This document shows, in pieces, positions 1 to 10,524 of a stretch of 34,562 nucleotides of DNA. The notes beneath the pieces are model-generated. The model had not been told where the DNA came from. It worked only from the letters and a program-made list of their open reading frames with translations, and made no database searches. The stretch covers positions 1-34,562 of the forward strand of contig JAQGDQ010001567.1 in assembly GCA_030141605.1 (NCBI GenBank), read 5' to 3'. A program made the position numbers and the translations under genes. The stretch comes from Tubiluchus corallicola (lineage: Eukaryota > Animalia > Priapulida). How positions within the stretch are numbered: position 1 is the stretch's first letter; each line of letters opens with the position of its first letter.

Positions 1-142
1 GTTCGTTACGCTGTGTTACATTACATTATATTATAACTAAACGTGCATTTGTGTCACAATTCTAATTGTACTGCAGTTCAGTTATTAACTCCACTGTCAG
101 TTAACTGGACATAGCCAAAAACTACTATAGGCATAGACTTAC

Positions 143-458
143 CATTCCAGTACCATTTCGTTTACGGTACTGTTCATGTTGCAGCTCATAAACTTATCAT
201 CTTGTATAATATTCAGTTTATGATTTTTTTTCATGAACTCCAGCTGTACCAGTGAGAAATTACCTAATTTTGTGAATGGACCTGTAGAACTGGCTACATT
301 GAAGGAACCTAAGCAGCTATGCCAACAGAATGATATCACGTGTTGAAGGATCAGTGTGGCGTATCAAAGAAATGATATCAGACGTCAATTAAAAAACAAC
401 GTAAATAATGACGATGATGATGATGTGATGATGATGATGATGATGATCATGTGCTGCT

Positions 459-489
<31 letters not shown>

Positions 490-3400
490 ATAATCTTCAT
501 TTAAAGTCGGCTTTTTGGATAAACAATAAACACAAGCTCCAATAAGCTCCGATTGTAAATAGCAGTCTACAACTACATAACAGAGACTATTATTACCCCA
601 CTTTTACCCTAAATGCCATATGCCAGGCAAAGCAACAGCAGGTACCATTTTTAAAGTTTTTGGTGCGACCCGATCTCATAGTACAGTTGTTCTACACAAA
701 AATTAAATACTACAAGTAAATAAGTTGTCACGAATCGATTGAGTTATTTTAACTCACAAGGAACGTAAGGAACCAAGGCAATTTCCGTTTGTGCGCAAAA
801 CTATCGTATTTCTTCTCTTTTTTTGGTCGAACTATTTTGGCTGTAAGCGTAACGATAGGGAACTACTTGTGAAGAGCAGAACTGTGGAATACCTTATCCA
901 AAGAAATAAAGACTAGAGGGTAACTGTCTGTAAAAGGTCCTCTCTCAAATGCCTTTTGAAAGTGTCAACTAATGAAGCACTGATGGTTGATGATGAAAGA
1001 TGATTCCAATGTTGAACTACGCAATGCCTAAAGAAATGTGATCTGATATTGGTTCTAGCTGGTTGCACAAATAACGAAGCTTTAAACAATTATTTAATTA
1101 ATTTTTTTAGTTAACTAAATTCTTTTAGTTAATTTGACTTCTGCTTCAACACAGTTGGTTTGACTGTTTGTTTGGTTGTTTGTTTTTGTCTGTTACAGCA
1201 GTAAGCCATTTACTCAAAAACTATCTGACAGATTTCCAGAAACTTTGTGAAGAAAGGCGGGTATAGAGCACAAAAATTGGAATCGTTTCGCCAGTTCTCT
1301 TTTCGCAAAACTTGACCGAACACCGCATATAAAAAAACACACGAAAATCACTTCACGAGTAACCTTTACTCATTAGTGTATAGCCTTATAGACTTGATAC
1401 GCATATGATTGTCAGTCTATTAATTACTACCGCCAAAATTAATCATGAAAAGGGCAGATAAACACTATGTGGAACATTCGTCCATTACTCGATAGAAATC
1501 CAATCTGCTTCTTACTGAGCGCATTCTAGTTTTCTTATAAAATCAATTCCATCAAAATAACACGTGCCATTTTTCCTACTTTTCCATTTGTGCCGTTTTT
1601 TTCTATACCATTTTTACCTGCGCCATTTTTCTGTGCCATTTTACCGTGCCATTTTTCCCTGTACAATTTTTACCGCGCACCCTATAGTCTACATACGCCC
1701 ATTTTAGAGCTGCTATGCGATTTAGATAGGAAGAAAGACCAATACTTGATAAATATGACGAAGGGTAGCTGTAAGGATTCTCACTGAAATTCACGCTTGG
1801 CTCTTCCTCCATCCATATGGAATGTCACTGCGTTTTTGAACATTCATATGTAGTTTTCACGGATATAAGGTATAAGTTTCGAACAAATTTAAAAAGAACC
1901 ACCAACACAATACCTGAACAAAGCAAATCCATATTTTTCATGCCAGTTAAACAAGCAAAATAATATTATAATCTGTGTACCTGTAAGTCTTGCGTGCCCT
2001 GGGCTGCTTGTCGGGTTTGCGTAGGCTCCCTATTTGCACAACTTACCTTTACTGCAGCTCCTCCTAATAATGCTGCCTGCGTCCTAGCGATTTCTTGCAT
2101 TTCCTGTCTTTTCCTGGCTCTAGATCTGGATCCTAAGTAAGAAATGAAAACTAACTAAGCCCACTTAGTGTGTAGCAAAGCTTGAGGCCTTTTTTTCTTA
2201 TTGTGGGTTTGAGTATAACAGCAGAACCACCAACAACAGTTTTACAAATGAAGATGCCTTACTGTCCAGAAACTCATAATGGGTTGCTATGTTGCTATGA
2301 CCTAAGAAAGAGTGTTTATGATGTCACCAAGAATGTCCTCACTCCCAACACGCCAAATTTGCCATGAAGAAGAAGTTTGGACAAAGTTGTCCCGTGCCTA
2401 ACGGTGTAGTGATATAATTATTATCATATTATTATTCAGATTCAATTATTTAAGCTGAGCATACACTCCGTAGTCTTAAGAAGATTACCAGCTATTATAC
2501 CTTCCATAAACCACCAATAAGATTTAATTTATATAATAAATTTAATGAAAATAATAATAACACTTTTCTGTAGGAAGAACTGTAGGATTAATAAATACTT
2601 AAGAGAAAAGATGTAGGAACTATGAAACTGTAAAGTTTATTTTAAAAATTTAATTTCGTCTTCCCCAGTGTTGTGATTTGAGAATCTCTCCGCCCAGAGC
2701 CAAGAGGATGCTACAAGAAACGGTTTACGACTGCATAAAAAAGAATAGTTTTTTTAAATAATTGAATACCTGCTACTCTGAATCTAGTTGAATTGAATTC
2801 TGCCTTTGTACTTCGCAAGAAATCATTAAGCTTGTACATCAGTGTTGCTCCATTCTCTTCTAGTCCTCTCTTCCAAATTCGCTAGAAACGGTAAATGCAA
2901 AATAGTTCAACTAAATAGATAATGCAGAATCGATCAGAAAAAAATCATTCCCGCAAAACTAGCTCGTTACCTTTCATCCTAACAGAGGCTTTAGCCGAAG
3001 AAACCATGTAGCACTGTTTTCTGCTTTCAAGGAGCTGTAAATTTCCTGCCAAGAACCTATGGGATGAAGAGAAACCCGGTCTACACGATGGTGTGGGTCT
3101 CTGAAAGAGATGAAGGATTGCGAGTTGATTGAGGCAACGTTTTAGCATTACGGTTCATGGTTTTGCAAGAGAATTTAAAGAAATTTGCCTCTAAAGTACT
3201 TGCTTTTACTTGAGAATCCACCCGGAATAGAAGCAATCTACTAGCCAAGAAACTGTTGCTATGACGTCCAAATCTAATGAGCTAACATTTGTGACATCAG
3301 TGAGGACGTCTACTGTCGTTGACCACAGATATTGAAGACATCTATAGTCATAGATATCTCACAGACATACCAGATAAGTCTCTGGTATTGTATGCTTTTA

Positions 3401-4617
3401 ATTCTGCCATTGGAAGAGAGGATAACCGAGTGGTCACGATAACTACTTAGCATCCAAAGTGAAGCAATGCTAAAAACGGTTTGTAAATGGATAGAGGACA
3501 GATACAATACTAACTGTGCAGTGTCATTCAGCATGCTGATCTCATTGAGTTACGATGTATTTGCATCTGAACATGAGTGAGGCACCGCTTCAGGTTCAAT
3601 ACTAACACAGATAATTAACCTTCGTAATGAATTAAGTTTGCACCAGTGGTTGCAAATGGCAGTGTACCTTGGTAAAACTGCACAGTAAACGACCGTGTGC
3701 TATAAAAACTCACTTTCCACGTTCCTAATGTTGCACATCAATAATATTATATACACTTTCCGAATTCCAAAGTACTTTTTTATTTCAAGCAATAATTATT
3801 GTTGGTGTTGTAGTTGTCGTTGGTGTTGGTGTTGGTGTTGTTGCTGTTGCTGTTGGTGTTGGTAATAATCCTGCACCTCAATAGGTTTAGGTCATTTCTC
3901 AGAAAAAGTTCGTCACAATAAACTTTTTTTACAATAAAATAACATCTCAGAAAAAAACTGCCAGAAATGTTTTCCCAGAAAATATTTTTCCTAGATAACT
4001 CATTTCACAGAAAAAACCTTTCCTAGAAAAATCACGGCTAGATTTTCAAAAATTTTACTGAATCTCGTGTTCTATGTCTTTGTTTACTTCTCTCTCTTTA
4101 CCGCCCTCGCTTCCTTCACCCTCATATCCTCTTTCTTTCTCCCCCCTCCCTCTTGTTGTTTCTCTTTCTGCCATCCTTTAATTATCTGCAGTGCTTTGAC
4201 TAATGACTATCAACAATCGGAATCATTTAAAATGACGCAATATTTAAGGTGTCAATTTTTTTTACTTTTTTTTAAACTTCGTTGGTGCAATTTAAAGTTG
4301 TTTTAGGATAAAATTCCTTTCTGTCAGTAATTTGCACTGAATCATTTGCTGCATATAATCACTTTAAATTCAATTGATTGTCATAGTATTTGAAATATAT
4401 TTTAATAAATAATAGAAATTATAAAAATGTGAAAACACCAAGGCTTTGAGAACCACACAGATTTGTTAATATCTTGAGGTCAACATTTTACCAATAAATT
4501 AAGCTTCTTCGGAAGTTTTTTTACAGGTTCTTTTGTGGCAGAACCGGATCCTTGCTCATTTAAAAGGTAATTCCGTGAGATGAAACACTGAACTGGTAAA
4601 GTTACATACGGATGCAT
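143..4617 (-). CDS. Unidentified spliced minus-strand gene, 5' part (continues beyond the left edge); candidate exons 4617-4492, 2881-2770, 2132-2047, 243-143
   Basis: Four AG/GT-bounded segments join in phase (0,1,0) into an open frame MHPYVTLPVQCFISRNYLLNEQGSGSATKEPVKKLPKKLNLL-RIWKRGLEENGATLMYKLNDFLRSTKAEFNSTRFRVA-GSRSRARKRQEMQEIARTQAALLGGAAVK-LEFMKKNHKLNIIQDDKFMSCNMNSTVNEMVLE. No domain recognised; the first exon is the least certain. Confidence 0.4.
408..491. repeat. Compound (GAT)n/(GCT)n microsatellite
   Basis: Directly visible. Confidence 0.9.
590..680 (-). mobile_element. SINE fragment, same family as 7200-7390
   Basis: ggtaccatttttaaagtttttggtgcgacccga resembles ggtactatttcctaattctttggtatgactcgg at 7303. 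Confidence 0.55.
914..1076 (-). mobile_element. CR1/L2-type LINE ORF2 3'-end fragment
   Basis: Minus translation ARTNIRSHFFRHCVVQHWNHLSSSTISASLVDTFKRHL matches the R..FF..RVV..WN.L....A.S...FK..L C-terminus of CR1-group RTs. Confidence 0.7.
1562..1682. repeat. Degenerate ~15-bp tandem repeat (gtgccattttt..c), probably a DNA-transposon subterminal array
   Basis: Roughly 7 imperfect copies of gccatttt(t)(a/c)c. Confidence 0.65.
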
Positions 4618-5031
4618 TTACATCTTCTCTACACAACAAGAAATGAACGAAATAGTTCGGAATCACAGTAAAAGTAACTTGAGTGTGAGCCCAAGAGTGA
4701 TTTTCCTAAGCAGTCTCCCAACAAATCAGTTTTTAGGCAACTTTGGTGTTGCTTAACTTCGGTAACGAATCACAACGCCGTGATTACTCACTATTGTGCA
4801 TATTCAAATATCAACATGATACCCTACCAAATCGTTCTGACGTTACAAATCGAGATCTACTTTCTTGCCTTTGCGAGTTGACCATTTTTTCATTCTATGA
4901 TCCCTATTAATCAATAGATAAAATAAACTACTTTTTATTGCGCATTATCTTTTCTGGGAAAAAACATTTTCTGTGAAATTTCTGTACTTTTTGTCGGAGA
5001 GGAAAAATTTTCTGGGAAACGAGTCTATACC
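3884..5031. mobile_element. Degenerate long-TIR (MULE/foldback-like) element
   Basis: Left ggtttaggtcatttctcagaaaa versus reverse complement of right end ggtatagactcgtttcccagaaaa; inverted arrays of tttc(c)cagaaaa at both ends; no TSD found. Confidence 0.5.
4700..4790 (-). pseudogene. Degenerate 5S rRNA-derived sequence (5S pseudogene or SINE3 head)
   Basis: ttcctaagcagtctccca and tgcttaacttcggt match the reverse complement of 5S (ttcccaggcggtctccca ... tgcttaacttcggtgatc) with about the right spacing. Confidence 0.55.
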
Positions 5032-5677
5032 ACTGCTGCCACAATTGATCCTATTTAAACATCGTTACTTTTATTATCATAATAATAATATAGGTATAAT
5101 TACATCATGGAGATATACTGTAATTTTTATCTGGGCCTGATAATTGTAATAATAGTTAACATATGTTAATATGTTAATTATATCAATAAATACAGTAAAA
5201 ACTCCACTGTTAGTAGGAACATTTCTGTTACAAGGTCCTGCAGTCTTACTGTAGTGCCTACTGCAGTATCATGTGCCAACTGTGATCATGCTAACACACC
5301 GCAGATAGTTATCGAACCTGCTGATATATGTAGCAATTTTCACTCTGAAGTAACTGCTGGTTGATGCTGAAGTAGTCAAAGGTTTTTTGACAGCATGTGA
5401 CAAGGTGGATTCTATTTTATATTTGCAATGATGGAAATTATCACGGTCTTAGTTAATGATACTTACAAATATCTGTCACAAATACATGTACAGCATAAAT
5501 AGATTAATATGTTATACAATAATATAATATTTTCGTCTGACTACATTACTGCTAAATGCGTAATGTCGCTTTCATTTAATTCACATTACTTGGGGAAGAC
5601 CTTTCCATTTTCTGAAAGGTTTCCCTACTCGCAAATTACTTCTTCGAAATGAACAATACAAGAGCGTTGCTGTTCAA

Positions 5678-5830
5678 GTACTTACCCTTGCAGTTCCTTC
5701 AGAATCTTAGGTTCTTACTGGGGTACTTACCCTTGCAGTTCCTTCAGAATCTTGGGTTCTTACTGGGGTACTTACCCTTGCAGTTCCTTCAGAATCTTGG
5801 GTTCTTACCGGGGTCCGTACCCTTGCAGAA
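5678..5830. repeat. 45-bp tandem repeat, ~3.4 copies
   Basis: Unit gtacttacccttgcagttccttcagaatcttgggttcttactggg. Confidence 0.92.
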
Positions 5831-6769
5831 TCTCTAAGATCTTGGGTCGTTAACAGTGTCTGTGATAGCTTGCCTTCCTGAAATAAGGAAGAACTCGAAA
5901 ACACATAAACCTGTTGGTCTCGAAAGTTTAACGATTTTAGTCGTAATTTCTCAGGAGTTTAAATAAAAATTAACAAACCTCCGTCAGTAGATTTGCTGAG
6001 CAACTCCGGAGTTCTTGCCCTCTTGTGGTAACTAAGAAGCTGTTGCTAAGAAGTGTTTATGGCGTCACAGGAAAATGTCCCCAAACCGGGCTACATGTCA
6101 TTTCCGTATAAGATGACATCTGTATAAAGTTTAAATAAACGATTAACAAAACGCTACTAGAGGGTCTATTTAAATTATACAGTAATTATTGTTTTTTTTT
6201 TGTACAGTTCGGAATCGTGCAAGCTATAATCCAGCATTCATTAGCAGGTCAAACTGATTTTATGCTTATGGCGAGACTAGAACCTCGCTTATTGTCAAGG
6301 CAAAGCCACTAAGATGAGCCACTGAACTGGCAGAGGTGGCTTAATCACATTGAGATGTAAGTACGACTTTCCTCTACAAGGTAAACAGCCAGAATCAGCA
6401 TGAACCTGCTTTGAGGGAGAACGAAAGTTTGTCATTCATCCATTAGCTGACCAGCCTGTGCGCCATTCTTAACTTCAATCACCAAGCACAACGCCACAAC
6501 CAGTCAGCCAAAATAAGAGACATACACAAGTGCAGTGTCATTGTCAAAAGTGGGTGTTGATAATAATAGCTGCACGTCTGCAGACGACACTGAGACCCAA
6601 AAATCATTGCGCAAATTGCCCTTTGATATATTAATTTTTATCATGCATATCCACGCTTAGGGCACAAGGATGACAGAAATAAAAAAATTAAAACAAAAGC
6701 CCTAGCTTAGGCGTATTCACTACGTTCTTTTTCTGTCAATGGACGAGGCAGGCCTTCAGAATTCTACGT

Positions 6770-6920
6770 TAGTTGCTCCCTGGTGAAGCCATAATTGAAC
6801 TATCTGGTACGCCTTTAACTGCTATTTCTGGTAACACCCAGCAGTTAATATCTTGGATTCCGCACGAAAGCTCTGAAAACCTTTTGCACGCCAACTGAGA
6901 TTCGAACCTACGCCTTCTTC
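6770..6920 (-). mobile_element. Possible tRNA-derived SINE remnant
   Basis: gattcgaacc is a reverse B-box (GGTTCGAATC) with a non-tRNA body; no cloverleaf. Confidence 0.4.
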
Positions 6921-7199
6921 TTTCACCGTCCAATTCGCTGTGAAGAAAGTGTTTATATAAGCTCCTGGACGGAAAGAATGATCATTACACTTTTCTGTAA
7001 ATTCGTAACTAGTTTTGCTTTCAACCTACATATTTCTATAGAACTTATAACGATGTATTTAAGTAGTAATTAGCGTTTGTGTAGAGTGTAGAGTGAGAAA
7101 ATGTTACATACACAATATATTACTTTAATAAAATAACCAATAAGGCTGATATTTTAGTGAATATCAATTTTTTAAGTAATAATAATTTCGTTTAGGCAT

Positions 7200-7390
7200 G
7201 GTCAAGAGATTATACCTTGAGCACCTCAACGCTTATTTTCAAGGCGGTCCTGATTATTATTACCTGCACGTTCCATCAATAAAGCTTGATCGAAGAACCG
7301 GCGGTACTATTTCCTAATTCTTTGGTATGACTCGGTCGGGAGTTGAACCAGAAACCTCCCTGGCATGAAGCGCGCACAACTGGATGACCG
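7200..7390 (-). mobile_element. tRNA-derived SINE
   Basis: ctttggtatgactcggtcgggagttgaaccagaaacctccc: reverse B-box-like head plus a conserved body shared with 590-680. Confidence 0.65.
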
Positions 7391-8628
7391 GATTCTGATG
7401 CTCTCAAAACCGACAATTCAGAAAAATCCAAGTAGCCTTCTCATTAGGCTTGCTATGTGGGTGAGGGTGACTGGCTGCCTCACATGTTAAGCATGTTAAT
7501 TATTATTGTTGAGCAGGTTCCATGACGAATGTACTACCCACCCCTTTTGGTAATGTGGGATTCGGAAGGAAGTTCACAACACGTATACCAAAAAATTAGT
7601 CCCTTCAAAAGTGATTAATTTTTTTACAAATTTAAACGCGTTATAATTGGTGGTTACCTCAATTAGATCTTCTGACTGTTTGGATTTTTTGCAATTAATT
7701 AAATTATAATGTTTAATTAAAATTCGCCCATAATCCCGACTGTTTGGCGAGGTAATATGAGAACATGACACGTGTCAGCAGAGCAGCCGATAAAGAGAGT
7801 ACAGTAGTAAAAACGCAAAAATGTATCGCTGGTAAAAAATGATTGCACTTGTAGTCAGGTTATTGTCAAATTTAATGTGAAAAAATAAATACTTATTTAC
7901 TTACTTAATGACGGTCACTTATTTACAGTGATTTTATGCGTTTGTGTTTGACTGTCGCTGGATTTCCGTTGAAGACTGCAGTCAATCAAATTTTTGTATT
8001 ACGACGAACAAGCTCTTCGGGTTTCCTCTGAATTGCATGAAAGACGAATCAGTTGAGAAATGAACGGCGAATGCAGTGAATGCTCTAGGAAAAACACCTA
8101 TACTAACGGGACCCGGAGTCCAACCAAAGCGGCTAGCCTCCCCAAGGTAAAACATATGATTTCTTAATCTTGAGTGCAATACCTTTCATTACAAAAGCCA
8201 ATATAAAAAGATGCTCTCCCAACAGCCGGAGTCTGCGTCAATAGTTCGCGTTTGCCTCTGGATGTTAAAATTGAGAAAACACGAAGCCTTAACCGAGTTT
8301 TGTGGACCTCTTTTCAATATGGACAAAAAGCGCTCCTTGGTCTTCATTTCTGAGTTTCTAAGTAATTTCTCGAGTTTTAAAATTAAGGTTTTATAATACA
8401 TCTACCTTTCTCCAAGCTATTTATCATATTTTTTTCTAAATAAATAACAAAGAAATTCTATTATGATATTATTAAATTCTGTGTACCTGTCTTCCTCGGA
8501 CTCTACGCGTGCACCCTCGGACAAACAAAAGTTCCACTAAATCTTTTTTTGCTTGAAGAACAGCATCCTTCTCTTTATAGATTTGTTAGATAAAACGATA
8601 AACATCAAAGAGACGCGGTTGTCACCCA

Positions 8629-8720
8629 GTTAAAGAGTGGGTATTTATGGCGTCATTGCCCGTGTACGTAGTCCTCACTTAGTGAAGATCTGGTACGTCA
8701 TCGCTCGATTCCGTCAGATA
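8629..8720. promoter_or_regulatory. Candidate bidirectional promoter between the minus-strand unit and the FGD6-like gene
   Basis: CpG-rich patch with TTTATGGCGTCA and TACGTCA CRE-like sites; flanked by a minus-strand donor (8485-8486) and a plus-strand donor cag|gtaatt (8953). Confidence 0.4.
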
Positions 8721-9658
8721 TCATAACTATAATCGTTTAAATAATATATTATAATAATAATACGCAACTGGATTAAACGAATTAAAATAAATTATGTTTC
8801 ACCAGCTTGAACAGGGTTGTTAAATACTTAAACACTATAGCTTTAAACACTATCATTATGTTTCGATATAAATTACTCTTTTCTTCAAATGTGAGGTGAA
8901 AGTCTCGTCAAAATTACAGAATTACAAAGTTTTTGGTAGATATTGAATTCAGGTAATTTAAAAAGCACGATAATATTTTTTGAATTGAGCTAATTTAGAA
9001 AACAAAAAAATAATTAGCATACGAAAGGATCGCTATAAGCAATACGATAACATAATTATGATAAAAAAGTTTTACATGGACGATTAGACGAAAGCAGCAG
9101 TATTTTTATTGTCATCCCTTCCCACTTTCTTAGTAGTAACCTAACAACTGTTTTTATTAAAACATTGTTTTTGATATGATGTTTATTACACTACTATTTT
9201 GCAATCAGGTTACCTGAAAAATATAAACTTTTTAATTTCATCTACGTATTAATGCTATTGATAAATATGTTTAATTTTGCAGGCTTTCTTATAATATGAC
9301 TTTGAGTTCTAATTGATTTAATTATTCTGTCTGCTAAGCTGCCGTTCTACACACAAGTTTGCTTAATTCCACATCTTTAAAGCAAAAACTAAGTCTTTCG
9401 GAATGTTCAGCTTATTCTAATTTTCTTTTAAAATGTTAGGAAGTTTCAGCAATAAAACTGTGAGAAGCACCTCGTGCAATTAGTAAAATTAATTTAAAGT
9501 CCCGTCCATGTCATGTTTTGGCTCGCTCATTTTCAATGAAAAAGGTTGTCATCTGTTTAGAATGCAGTTAATAAACCCTTATCCTCCCATGTAGTTGAGC
9601 AATGTTTTTTGCAGGTGCAGCTACAATTATCAACTACATGTATAAACTATTCAAAGCG

Positions 9659-9792
9659 TTAAATTAGAGATTATTAATACTATTTTTTTGCTTTTTGGTG
9701 ATCTTATCATCAGTAACCATTTTTTATAGCAAAAGTTTATGACAACGAGATCATCAAAAAGCAAAAAATAGTATTAATAATCTCTAATTTAA
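9659..9792. mobile_element. Palindromic MITE-like element A bounded by TTAA
   Basis: Arms 9658-9704 and 9748-9793 are reverse complements except one indel and one substitution. Confidence 0.75.
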
Positions 9793-9934
9793 CTCCAGAT
9801 GGGTTATTTAGTTTAGACTTTAGGGTGTTCAGTTATAGTTTGTTAAGATAACTATTCTATTACTTAGTTGGGTTATTTAACAAACTATAATTGAACTCCC
9901 TAAAGTCTAAACTAAGTAACCCATCTGGAGTTAA
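9789..9934. mobile_element. Palindromic MITE-like element B bounded by TTAA
   Basis: Arms 9788-9846 and 9877-9935 are reverse complements with 3 substitutions. Confidence 0.75.
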
Positions 9935-10520
9935 AGATGATTATAAATTTCTTTTACAGTTTTAAGAAAGGCATTTCATGTGTGTACATTGTGTGGTAAT
10001 TCCAATATTTTTTGTGTATTAAAGTATAGCTGTAATGACCTGCATTTGGATCTTGAAGGGCTCTACGATTGGGCAGTTGAAAATGGTATGCAATTCCTTC
10101 CCGACAAGTGTAAAGTTTGCGTCTGTGAGAGCTGGATTTGAGTATAAAATAACATGTATGAGGTAAGTGGCATTCCAACAGCACTAAACTTTAGTGCTTA
10201 TGAGAAAAACCTTGAATTATTACTAGATAATAAGCTAAACTTTAAAGATCACATAGCTGAAATTATAAAGTATGTCAAACGGATTAAACCACTGACCCTT
10301 GTATTGGTCTTAAGGAATCGCTGAAATCGCAATATTAACAGAACGTCAATTTTTCTTGTATGTATTTGCATTTTCCACCGACAGTAGGGCGAGCAGTCTA
10401 GTGTTTTTGCGAAATAAACTTTTTGTGAGTTATTGTGATTAAATTTGCTCTGCATTTACTCGTAGAGCAAATTTCACATCGAATATGGATTGTTACAGTC
10501 TGTTATGATTACATTATAAG

Positions 10521-10524
10521 ATGG
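10521..10524 (+). CDS. FGD6: FGD6-like coding exon 1 (ATG G|gtgaga); the 5' UTR part may begin at an acceptor at 10466 or 10385
   Basis: The phase-1 donor joins exon 12207 to give [13 protein letters not shown]; an in-frame stop lies upstream at 10506-10508. Confidence 0.65.

Noticed and set aside
1785-1913. Single in-frame TGA (…SKTQ*HSIWMEEEP…) as selenocysteine or readthrough
   Set aside because: That frame does not match the phase of the preceding exon, there is no redox motif, and no SECIS can be assessed here.
6895-6915. tRNA gene suggested by a GGTTCGAATC B-box
   Set aside because: No cloverleaf or acceptor stem; better explained as a SINE remnant.
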